Positions 37,439-49,230 of a stretch of 61,596 nucleotides of DNA are shown here, in pieces (within the stretch, counting starts at the first letter, position 1; each line of letters starts with the position of its first letter). The DNA comes from Octopus bimaculoides. Taxonomy: Eukaryota. The notes beneath the pieces were generated by a model that worked only from the letters and a program-made list of their open reading frames with translations, was not told the origin of the DNA and did no database searches. Both the position numbers and the translations under genes were made by a program. The stretch spans positions 84,777,100 to 84,838,695 of the forward strand of contig NC_068990.1 of assembly GCF_001194135.2 (NCBI RefSeq), in the 5' to 3' direction.

Positions 37439-39578
37439 TCAGTTTCTGTATATTAAAACAAGTTCTAATCGATTTGAGCATATGATAAAAGGCCAATGTG
37501 ATGTACCGTGGTATCGAAACAGAACCTTTGGTTTTTCTAAGAGCGCAAGTAGCATAAGAGAAATGAAATGGCTCCCAACTGAGAATCGAAACCACATTCC
37601 TTGGGATATTACCTCCTGTTCTAGTGCTTACCACAAAACAGAATTCCCGAAAAAGGCTGAGACTCCCACGCGGTTTTCAATATCCTCTTCAAATAGTTTA
37701 TATCACTATTATTAACCAAACCTTTATCATAACTTAATGTTAGAACAAAACCGAGGATTACATTAAAATTTGGTTTGTATTACTCACAAAGCTTTACATC
37801 CTGTTAGTGATTACATATTGACAGTTTTATAAACTATATATTCGCTAGAAAAAAGATTAGCAGAAAAGCAAGAGGACGCCTAGCAGAATGGCTAATGCGA
37901 TATTTTCACAGAGCCATGTACCATGAAACCGTTCCCCAGACTAGAATGATTCTGCGGAAGGATCGCAAATAGCATTGGTTTCAAAAGCCATAGTTAAAAA
38001 ATAGCATTGAATATTGACAAATCTTTGTTCTGCCGTTCTATCGGCAGAGCCCCCCCCCCCACACATACACCAAAGAACAGCACAATTAAGGGACATGGCG
38101 TGCAACAAAAAAAAAATCCACCTAACGCTATCCCAGAGCAGACAATACCCCTTACTCCAAGGACAGGAGCCTATTCTATCTGTAGTTTTGCCATCAGGAC
38201 AAAACAAACTGACTGGCTTCAGAAGAGGCAAAATAATTTATTAAAACAAATGCCCGCTTCATTATTCAATTTCACTAATGACGCTTGAGAAAAACATGAA
38301 AGTCACAACCTCTAAAATCACCAAACCAAAAGAAAACCGTGAAGTGCCTGCAGACACTTCTCTGAGGTTGTGATATTCATGGAGAGAGCATAAAAGCCAC
38401 CACATCTCACTTTCTTCGTCTATGTTAAAGTTTTGAATGGGATATACTAAAACATTTATAACATTGCTTAAGCAAATTCATAGCGAGCCAGGAGCATATT
38501 TCGCTTCCCGCTTACGCTGCTAATGCTTTTCAGAAAGGCACTTATCTAAAATTCTCTCACTACGCAACTTATCGTTTATTATTAACAGTTACTGGAGTAA
38601 CGGTGAAAGTTATCATTACTGAAATCACCATCATTTCTAAGAATATATTTCTTCTTACAATACAAAGCCAATTTAATTTACCTAAGTGGTGGATATAGTC
38701 GATTGAATGTACACTAGTATATTTATCTACTGGCACCTACGAGCCAACAGGTCTTCTAAGCAGTCGCTTAAACTTCTAGAAATAGCAGCAAAATTTTCTC
38801 AAACCTTATCCTACTGCTTTGAAACAGAAAGAACACGTTGAATCTTTTGACACCCGTAAAAAGATGAAATAGTCACAACTGGAAACAAGAGGATGAACAA
38901 TTAGTTAACATTATTTTGATTTTTGTATCGACCCGCCAGAGATTTGCATAAAACGTAGAGGCGAAATGAAATATTACATCGTTTATTGTCATGTAATTAG
39001 ATTTTTACTTAATTACTGAATAACAATGACTACATTATGATCTGATTGCTCAAAGACATTCTCACCAATACTAAGATATGTGAGCGCCAGATCGGTTCTT
39101 TGACACGATATTAAATAGAGAAAAAAAAAAGATAAAAGTTTTTATATTTAAATGTTATAAAATTTAGAATGTTATAAATTTTAAAATGTGACTGTAGAAA
39201 TAAACATTTTTATAATTAATAAATACAAAAGAAAAATGTGAAAGATAACGTGTTACTTAAAATATATATGTCGAGTACTATATATATTAATAAACAATAC
39301 AGCAAAGATTTAATAACGATATAATTGGCTCCAACTTCGAAATTTTAGCGATGAAAAAGTTAGTCAAGAATAGACGAAACAAACGATAGAATATAATCAA
39401 TAAAAGAAAAAAAACCCATCGGCACTAAAATATCAATACATAAAATATTTTATCTTCCATGAAAAATAAATATACTTATTCCCTAGAAATTTAATAAATC
39501 AAAAACCCTGTATTCATTCATTACGCATCGTAACGTTATTGACTGAGTACCTGAAGTTTACCGGCATTAAATTGTGTG

Positions 39579-39609
<31 letters not shown>

Positions 39610-39756
39610 AACTAGTATTTAACAGATTTCGAAATAAATTCTGAAGTAGGTAAAATTCTTTTATATTTAAAAGAAAGTTGTTAGAACAAGAAGGAAAAAT
39701 GAAAACGAAAACACCAACAACTGAGAAGGAAGTAATTCTTGTGCAACTTTAAATGA

Positions 39757-39840
39757 AAAGTCTGACAGTCTGGGGGGGTGGGTAAAAACCCTGAAGTTAT
39801 GCCAAATGGCATAACTACAGGGTTTTACCCCCCAGACTTT
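39757..39840. repeat. Near-perfect palindrome, probably a collapsed MITE/foldback element
   Basis: agtctgggg..gggtaaaaaccctgaagttatgcc-aaat-ggcataactacagggttttaccccccagact; a third copy of accctgtagttatgcca lies at about 39905-39921. Confidence 0.8.
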
Positions 39841-40108
39841 GGGAGGTCATAACTTTCAGAAAAATGAATATTTTTTAATGAAATTTTCTATGCATATAGT
39901 ATTTACCCTGTAGTTATGCCAATAAATCTTGAAAGAAGCGCCATAATATAGTGTTTTTTTTCTATTTTATACACAGTTCGGATTAAGTCGATAAAATCGA
40001 CCTATTTATATTAAGGGATATCGAAGACACAAAAGACTAAACTGACCTCAGTGAGAGTTGAACACAGAATGCCGAAACCAAATACCATAATTCATTTCNN
40101 NNNNNNNN

Positions 40109-40164
<56 letters not shown>

Positions 40165-40715
40165 AGCGCGGGAGAGAGTATAAGTTCAGTTCAGTATTTA
40201 GTTTCATCTTTTACAATTCACAGTTACTGACGAAGGTCGACTAAGGTTGATAAAATCTGTGATAAATCATTATTTAGCATTGTTGAGTCACCGAAGACTA
40301 AGTGCTTGAGTTCATTCGTGTCAATAAACACCTATTCATTCTCCACATGCTCTCATTTAACTTAAAACTTTTTTTTTTCTTTCAATATTGATTTTTTAAA
40401 AATTATTTGAAGCCAAAATATGAAGAAATTGCGAGTGAAAAGTGTCAACCAAACTGATAAAGTAAGGAGCTATAAATATGTCCCGGCTATACACTTCGAC
40501 TAAACACTCTTCCATAAGGTATCCAATCGAGCAAAATATCTCAAGTAATCAATACTGGTTATAAAGAGATAAGACACCTGTTGTTTATATAACTTTATAA
40601 CAAGAAATATTCCACAGTAAATTAATTATATATTAAACACAAAATCAAAAAAGGATGAAAAAAAAAATCAAATTCAGAAAATAGATTAGGTTATAAAAAT
40701 AATTATATTACTTAC

Positions 40716-41050
40716 CATACAAAACAAGGTAAATTAACAAGACATGACACAAACAACGTTGGTAAGTTCAAGGAATAAATAAAACTCTCTACCACTATTA
40801 CTACCGGTGCAAAGACTATTTCCCGCTAAACAAACGAAGAGAGCGAAAATTCACGTGGTGTAAGCTTTCGGCCAAACGGCGTTGTTAGGTTTCGACCATT
40901 CAGAAAGCACTTTATAAAAATCATCCGGAAGTTACTACATTGAATTTTCAATGGTAAATGAAGAGGAGACCAATCAGAAAGCTTCGTTCACTGACTGATT
41001 TCGAAGTTGTTGATTGCAGCGGTCTTTATACCGGTTAGCAACATTGGATT
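40716..41050 (-). promoter_or_regulatory. Putative Pol II promoter and non-coding first exon, probably of USP37
   Basis: CpG-containing motif cluster: E2F TTTCCCGC (40819-40826), E-box CACGTG (40852-40857), ETS CCGGAAGT (40925-40932), CCAATCAG (40970-40977), minus-strand TATAAA (41030-41025) about 30 nt upstream of TCAGT, and a strong minus-strand donor GTATG|GTAAGT at 40716/40715. The link to USP37 is inferred from strand and position only. Confidence 0.55.
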
Positions 41051-41990
41051 AATTAAATTAATGAGCATGATGAGTATATAGAGATATATGTGTATGTATT
41101 GTTTTCTGGTAGGACCAGCTTGTTTGTCTCTTTTTCTCTCTGCTCTTATTTCGTGGTTCTTGGTTGGATATTTTTTGCTTTTTTTGTTCTCTGGTACGTT
41201 GTCTTCGACGGGAGATTCCATCAGAGACGGCACTGCATGTATATTTATGTATGTCTGTATATATAATATAGGTTAATTAACCATATATATGTGTGTAAGT
41301 GTATATGTAGCGCCGTGTGAAGGCACAGGCACACAGGTCTAGGGGACCGATGCTGTGGCTTGCTGCCAATAAATGTATACCTTAGGGTTCGTTTTATTCA
41401 TTTGCCCAGTACCCTATAATGCTGCTAAGACGGCATTATATATATATATATGATTCAGACACTAGACTCTCTATCTCTCTCTTTCTTTCTAGTGCGTTCA
41501 CCTAACTTTCAAACAAGGATCACAGAGAGTGAAGTAACAGCATTGTAAGACTGATGTGTTTCAATGACTTGCAGTGACTTAAATAACTTCAAAAACTTAC
41601 TTTGGTTGTATGTAGGTGCTATGAGAAGTAAAACTATCTTTAAATAATTACAGATTTTTTTTTTCTAATGAGAGTTACCTCCCCGAATTAGAACCAGATT
41701 TTTTTATATATAGTTTGGCTGCCTGGCTGGAATGTTCGGTTAGTTGAAACAATCGTTTCAACTGTTATTATTACTGCCACGAACACCACTTGATACAAAG
41801 GGCCTCAACAATTTGTCGCTAGCCTTGTCTATTTTGTGCTTCTAATCTGGCCTCCTCTGAGGATCGTTTCTATTGTTCTCTTTTACCTTCATTATTTCCT
41901 CCTTATTTATTTATAGAAATTTTTCTGGTACTCAACACTTCGTTTCTCAACAATGATGCCCTTTTGATTCCCTACGATTTCTTTATTTTT

Positions 41991-42373
41991 GAGGCTGTGT
42001 GGTAAGTAGCTTGCTTACAAACCACATGGTTCCAGGTTCAGTCCCACTGTGTGGAACCTTGGGCAAGTGTCTTCTACTATAGCCTCGGGCCGATCAAAGC
42101 CTTGTGAGTGGATTTGGTAGACGGAAACTGAAAGAAGCCCGTCGTATATATGTATATGTATATATGTGTGTTTGTGTTTGACCCCTCCCCCCCACAACAC
42201 CGCTTGACAACCAATGTTGGTGTGTTTACGTCCCCGTAGCTTAGCGGTTCAGCAAAAGAGACTGATAGAATAAGTACTAAGCTTACAAAGAATAAGTCCT
42301 GGGGTCGATTTGCTCGACTAAATGTGGTGTTCCAGCATGGCCGCAGTCAAATGAATGAAACAAGTAAAAGAGT
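41991..42373 (+). mobile_element. tRNA-derived SINE, family B, with CORE-like cttgggcaag motif and internal (TA/TG)n
   Basis: Head gctgtgtggtaag..ggttcagtccc. Homologous copies at about 350-520, 3150-3370, 15930-16060, 30500-30760, 43300-43450, 50850-51010 and 61237-61596. Resembles published octopus SINEs; family name not verified. Confidence 0.85.
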
Positions 42374-42817
42374 ATTAAACATTTTGTTTTAAATAATCAA
42401 GGAAAAAAGTGAAATAATTACCCAGAAATATTTGACCTGTATAATTTTACTAAAATCTAACATAAAAATATATATTGTTTAGAGTAGTGATTCTCAAAGT
42501 GGGTCCAATCAAAATAACGGGTTCTGCAAATAACATTTAATAAAAATTAATTTATTAAAATATAGTATTCACTATTTTCATAATTTACACTTTTTCTTTA
42601 TATATATATAAAACTAAGTGGCACTTTGTTGATTATGACTATGAGAGACGTACAAATCACTAATTTAGAGAATAAATAATTCAGAGACACCATCTGCATA
42701 AAAACAATTGTTAAAAGTTAGTATTAAAATATTTAATGTAGAAAACAAACAGTTAATTAGAAATTATTATCCTCACTGTATAATTCTCTCTCAACATTTT
42801 AACAATCACCACATTAA

Positions 42818-43106
42818 ATAACTTAATTATAAAAATATTTTTTCCTGCTGAGTTAACCATTTTTGCCATCTCCATCATCAAAAGACTTTTGTGTTGTAGA
42901 TTTTCCTCTCAATATCCTGATTGGCTGAAGTTGCAATCATACTACAAAAGTTAATTATAAAAATTAAACAATAACTTAATAATAAAAATATTTTTCCTGT
43001 TGAGTTAACCATTTTTGCCATCTCCATCATCAAGAGACTTTTGTGTTGTGGATTTTTCCTCTCAATATCCTGATTGGCTGAAGTTGCAATCATACTACAA
43101 AAGTTA
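42818..43106. repeat. Tandem duplication of a 136-bp unit, period 153 bp
   Basis: 42818-42953 and 42971-43106 are near-identical. Confidence 0.9.
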
Positions 43107-43470
43107 TCCATTTAACTAGTATACCAGTGTTGTCAAAAATGCTGAGTTTTATTAAGAATAGAAACTGGCACATCAACACAATGGGGAAAACCACTAATAA
43201 ATGTCAGTAATCTAGGAGATATATGTCCATACACAGAACTGAAGCACTTGAAGAATCAGATACAATTGTAACGTCTCGGTTGAAAATATCACCCACATAA
43301 TTTATGTATGTGTATATACACACAAACATGTACATATACATATATATGTAAATGCACACATGTATATATATACATATGAAGGTGTTCTCTTAGTTTCCAT
43401 CTACCAAATCTACTCACAAGGCTTTGGTCAGCCCTGATATAGTAGAAGATTATGTAGATATAAATACGCA

Positions 43471-43897
43471 ACCCTAACCCTAACCCTAACAGTTGAGGGA
43501 ACCCGTGGAAGAGGTAGGCCCAGGAAGACCTGGGCTGAGGTGGTGAGGCAAGACCTTCGTACATTGGGCCTCACCGAGGCGATGACTACGGACCGAGACC
43601 TTTGGAAATGGGCTGTGCGTGAGAAGACCCGGCAAGCCAAGTAAGATCGTTGCCAGTGCCCCTGGACTGGTTCTTGTGCGGTTGGCACATGAGATGCATC
43701 ATTTTGAGCGTGGCCGTTGCCAGTACCGCCTGACTGGCTCCTGTAGGATTTTCNNNNNNNNNNNNNNNNNNNNNGAAACTCTGCCAAATCAGACTGGAGC
43801 CTGGTGTTGCCATCCGGTTTCACCAGTCCTCAGTCAAATCGTCCAACCCATGCTAGCATGGAAAGCGGACGTTAAACGATGATGATGATGATGATGA
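43471..43897 (+). mobile_element. 5'-truncated RTE-type LINE 3' end
   Basis: TVEGTRGRGRPRKTWAEVVRQDLRTLGLTEAMTTDRDLWKWAVREKTRQAK* (RTE C-terminal GRGRP..W motif), 3' UTR and (gat)n tail; small N gap at 43754-43774. Confidence 0.9.
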
Positions 43898-46800
43898 GGT
43901 TAGATACATATATATATATATATGCATTTATTTTATAGACATCTCTCCCCTTCTCTCTTTATATATACATATATTTATTTTATAGACATATCCCTCCCCC
44001 CTCTCTTTCTATATATATATATACCCACACATAACAAGAAAACTTTTCACACACCCTACCCCAACAAACCAATCTACATCTCTTCTCCTTCTCACATATG
44101 CTCTATGCTTACCTCTCGCTCCTGTCCTCATGGCCGTTTCTCTGTATCATTGCTATCCAGTAGCCCATCACCCCTAACTCTATATACCCAGGTTTTCACC
44201 ACTCACTGCATTCCCCTCCCCACCCTCTAATCACACTTCTTTGGCAATGTCCTGCCACTTACAACATGACATTCAAACCTCAAGAGTTCGCCCTGGCACT
44301 TGCCACCATCTATCTATATCTCTCTCTCTTCCTTTACTTGACCATTCCATTTATATTCTGATTCCCGTCCCTTGTGAGTATGCCTGGCACTCTGCCACCA
44401 CCTCTATCTTGTTGTCTCCCACTCTCTCTCTCCTCCTGTTCTTCCCCCAGGTTGGGTAACCATTCATCTCCTTTATGGCAGCACACCTGTTTCTGTACTC
44501 ATCTCTGATCTCTCTCTCTCTCTCTCTCTCTCTCTGGCAGGGTAACCTTGTACCTCCTCTGCATCAAGGCAACACAGTCAAATGACTGAAACAAGTAAAA
44601 GAGTAATATACTACTATATATTACTACTAGAGAAGCAACAACAAAATAAAATTAATATTTCCGTGGAAAATTGTCAAATTCAAGAAAATTAGAAAATAAA
44701 ATAACAACAGAAACAAATTATGATTTTAAACAAAAAGAAATATAATTCAACAAAATAAAAAGATAAAAGATTAACAAAAAATATGAAAAACAAAAGTTTA
44801 TTTACTTGTTCCTTTATTGTTCCTGAATATAACTGAATTAGTTTAAATTGTACTTTCCTTTTTTTTTTGTATCAGGAAGACTTCAGTTACATATTTGTAA
44901 ACCTTTACTTATTTTTTTTCTTCAATCCAAAACATTCATCAATAGCCAATGGCAAAATAAATGGAATTGCATTCACTACTCACTCATACATGAATACAAA
45001 CATATACATCCACACACACATAGATATTGAGGCAATTCTATTAATGTAAGAGTGAATACCATAACCCATTGTGCTCATAAATGCATAGTTTGAAAACTGT
45101 CTTTATGTAAGTAGTAGTAGCACAAGTAGGGTATCTCTTGTTAAACTATGATCATAGGAGTTAAACTTAATACTGTAAGCTAACAAAACACTTCAAAATT
45201 ACTTTGTCATCTTACTGCTTACAACAGTATACTTTACCATACATGGTACTTATTTATAGCTAGGTGAACTGGACAATTCAAGAATAGAATTGTCATGATC
45301 TCATTCACAATGCTGTTCTGGTGGAATTATACAAACTGTTGAGCACTTTGGCTGCTAGCTTAACACACCCTTGACTTCACTAGTTATGACTTAACAACAT
45401 TTTTCACTTATCCTTAAGTCAAGAGAAAAAACAGTGCTTAAGATCCCTCACAAGTTAAGGAGAGAGGAAGGTATCTTTAAACTGGAAATCTTGCCCTGAT
45501 GCTTGTAACAGAGTGGACTCTGCTAAAGGCACCAGTGGACCAGGTAGTGGTATTAATCTGTGCACTGGATTAAATCTACCATCCAAGTAGGCCATAACAA
45601 GATTTGAACTCAGAATGCAAAGAGCAGTAAAATTACAGCAACACATCCTGTCTGACACCCTAATGATTCTGCCAGTGTAAATCCCGAGACTGGCATTTTA
45701 TTTATCCTTCCTGGAACGATTAAAAGCTAAGTTGATCTTGGTCTGAACTGAATTCATCTGTCAATTTAGCAACACTGTCAGTTTACTTCCGAGACTACTT
45801 AAACTCCATTGGAGAGTTCTAAGTGGAGTCTGATACCCTTCAACTGCCCTGAGACAAGAAGTAAAGAACCAAAACAGATTCTTCACTTCTCACAACCAAT
45901 GAACATAACACCAAACTCTTCTATGTTCTCTCCAACAGATCAGTTGCTGCTAATGTTGTCAACTCATCGGTTTCCTCAGAATCAGGATTTTACTCCATAT
46001 TTGTTCTGCCTTATCTTTTACCATTGCAAAATGTCTTTTGTTTTATTTATTTATTGATAATAAAAAATTCACAAGAGAACAACAAAAAAAAGGGTGGGGG
46101 AAGCAATATTTCAACTTAAATATTAAATAATTTTCAACAAGCAATAACTTTGGAAAAAAAAAAAATCAAATTACTTCAAAATCAAAAAATATAAACAAAA
46201 TAATGTATACATATCACATTAAATAATTCAACAGATATATACATATATGGATATTATTGTATGTGTAGGATGGCATAAAGAGAGAGAGAGTAAATGAATT
46301 TAAAAAAAGGAATTTTAATAAAACAAATTATCAACTTTTAATGTTTTTAGGTATTGGGCCAATTTCATAAGGGGACATATGTCAATCAACTCCAGCATAT
46401 CACAGGTACTCAGTTTATTAAAATACCCCTTTCTCAAACCCATGCAACCAAAACATTACAAAGGATATTTTTTTAGTCCAACAAGGTTTCTTATAAAATC
46501 CACAACTTTTATAATAGTAACTCTTAACACTGACAGAGGCCATACATTTTTAGTAGCGGAGTGGGACAGAGTGGATTTAATCATCAACCCTATAGATATC
46601 TGATGATTATTTTGTCAATCCTAGGAGCCACTGCATGGTTGCTTGACCTGCAAGAAATAGCAGCCAAATCACGCTCAAATATCATCCCACTGTCTTAAAT
46701 AAGGAAGGATACATTTAACAAGTCAGTCTTATATATTGTAAATCAAAGAATGGACACGTTGGATTTACATATCAACACCTCCATTCTTGGAATTACTGCA

Positions 46801-47079
46801 TTATACTTTATAATTAACAAATTTTTCTTGGAATTTCAGTTTGTATGAAACTGTTTCCTTTACGGAAAACTGTTCATTTCTATTTTAAGGGAGGGTTATA
46901 GCTGATTAGATAGGCCTCTGTACATGACTGGTAGATACTTTATCAATGGATGACTGAAAGACAAAAGAGAAACCCATCAAGATCTGAATTTGGAACAAAA
47001 AAAAAAAGAAAGACATAACTAAACACAAGGAATCTTGTCTGATGCTGTACTGATTCCACCATTCTGTTACCCCTATAAT

Positions 47080-48529
47080 TATTGTTTCTAATTTAGGCAC
47101 AAGGCGAGCAGTTTTGAGGGAAGGGGTTAGTTGATGCCATTGATCTAAGTACTAGACTTGTATCCTATTTTATTTTATCAAGCCCAGAATGATGAAAGGC
47201 AAAGTTGATATCCTCAGAATATAAAGAACTGGAAGAAATACCACAAGGCATTTTATCCGATGCACTTACAATTCTGTAGCTGTTTTGGTGCCCTTATAAC
47301 AATTAGAATAATGATTTATAACATAGACAGAAAGATACAGTAAATTCTATCGACCTTGCCCCAGTGCTGTACTGGAACTTACTGTATCAAATTCAAAAGC
47401 TGGCTCTTCTTCAGAATTCTCCCTCCACCCTATAACTTTTGAACCAGTAATCTAAAAAAAATTTTTTTCAGATTCATGTTTTCTATATTAGAAATTATCA
47501 TTTAGCAAATTTAAATTCCCTACCAATTTATTTGCTTTGTTTAGTTGACAAAAATAATAATAATAATAATGAAATTATTGTGTATAGTGCTCAGGTACAC
47601 TACATCTCATCAAAGGTGCATGTACAGTTCATAGAATTATGTACAATTGAAATTAAAATTTTTTTTTTTTTGGCTAAATTGTAATCTCTGATATCAAAAA
47701 TATGTAAATCTGAAAAAAAAAACAAAAAAACATAGAAAAAATTTTTTAACATGGCATGAGGCTACATTTTTCAGGTTTTTTTTACAAAATCTGAAACCAG
47801 CTGTGCTGATAATAGTACAAAAATTTTTATTGGCCACAAGAGCCCAAAATGTTGGGAAGAGCACAATGAAAAAATGCAAAAGAAAACAAAGTAGAAACAA
47901 TTGAGGATTTACATCAAGTAAAAGGATTACATCAACAAAACAATAATAATAACAATAATGATGATGATGTTGGTGATTTAAAGGTGAAATACAAAAGAAA
48001 GTAGCAAGAAATGGAGAGGATTCACATCAAGTAAAGGGTTGAGATCAATAAAATAATAATGATTTCTGATTTAGGAATAAAGTCATCAATTTTTAGGGGG
48101 AAGGGTTAGTCGACTACATAAATTCTGGTACTTTACTTTGCTGACCCCTGAAAAGATGAAAAGCATGGTTAACCAGGGTAAGATTTGGATTCAGAATATA
48201 AGGAGCTAGAAAAAAATACAAGACATTTTTCTCCTATGCTTTAGCAATTCTTCCAATCTACCAAACAATAACAACAACAACAACAACAATAACAATAATA
48301 ATAATAATGATAATAATCCTTTCTACTATAGGTACAAGGTCTGGAATTTGTGGGGAGGGAGACAGTTGATCACATCAACCCCAGTACTTGACTGGTACTT
48401 AATTCACTGACCCTGAAAGGATGACAGGTAAAGTCAACCTCGGTGGAATTTGAACTTAGAACATAAAGATCAACAAAATGATGCTAAGTATTTTGCCCGG
48501 TGTGCCAAAGATTCTCCTTGCTTTCCACC

Positions 48530-48569
<40 letters not shown>

Positions 48570-49230
48570 TGTTTTCAAATTTTTCCACAAAGGCAGCAAT
48601 TTTGGGGGAGGAGATGAGTCGATTTCAATGACTCCAGTATGTAACTGGTACTTAATTTATCAATCCTGAAAGGATGAAAGGCAAAGTTGACCTCGGCAGA
48701 ATTTGAACTCAGAACATGGCAACGGGTAAAATACCGCTAAGCATTTCGTCCAGTGTTCTAACAATTCTGCCAGCTTGCTTCCTTAATAATAACAATAATA
48801 ATAATGTTTCAAATTTAGGCACAAGTCCAGCAGTTTTTGAGGGGCAAGGGCTAATCAATTACACTGACCCCAGTACTTGATAGTAATTTATTTTATTGAC
48901 CCTGAAAGGGTGAAAGGAAAAGTTGATCTTGATGAAATTTGAACTCTGAATGTAAAGAGCCAAATGAAAAACTGCTGAGCATTTTGTCTGATGCTCCAGT
49001 GCTTCTGTCAGCTCGCTACCTTAATAATAATAATGGTAATAATTGGGAAGAGGTATAGTTGACTCATTCCACCCTGGTAGCAACTCAGACTGGTACTATT
49101 TCTACAAACTTAGAAGAATGAAAGGCAAATTCAATTTCAGGTCAGAATGTAAAAAGACATAACTAAAAAGTAAAAATAATTTTATCTGATGCTCTACCAA
49201 TTCTGCCATCTTCCACTCTAATAATAACAA
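47080..49230 (-). mobile_element. Cluster of head-to-tail family-A SINEs separated by (AAT)n tracts
   Basis: Repeated aaaggatgaaaggcaaagt..gaatttgaactcagaa cores at about 47190, 48160, 48420, 48670, 48905 and 49120, with (aat)n/(aac)n between them. Confidence 0.85.

Noticed and set aside
37876-37960. A-box-like TAGCAGAATGG suggesting a Pol III gene
   Set aside because: No convincing B box or terminator; probably a decayed SINE head or chance.
38295-38381. SECIS element interpretation (ATGA..AAAA..TGA)
   Set aside because: The GA quartet register is wrong, the loop is too long, and no selenoprotein ORF lies upstream.
43470-43490. Telomerase RNA template (CTAACCCTAAC)
   Set aside because: It is embedded in a LINE junction with no surrounding pseudoknot or H/ACA context.
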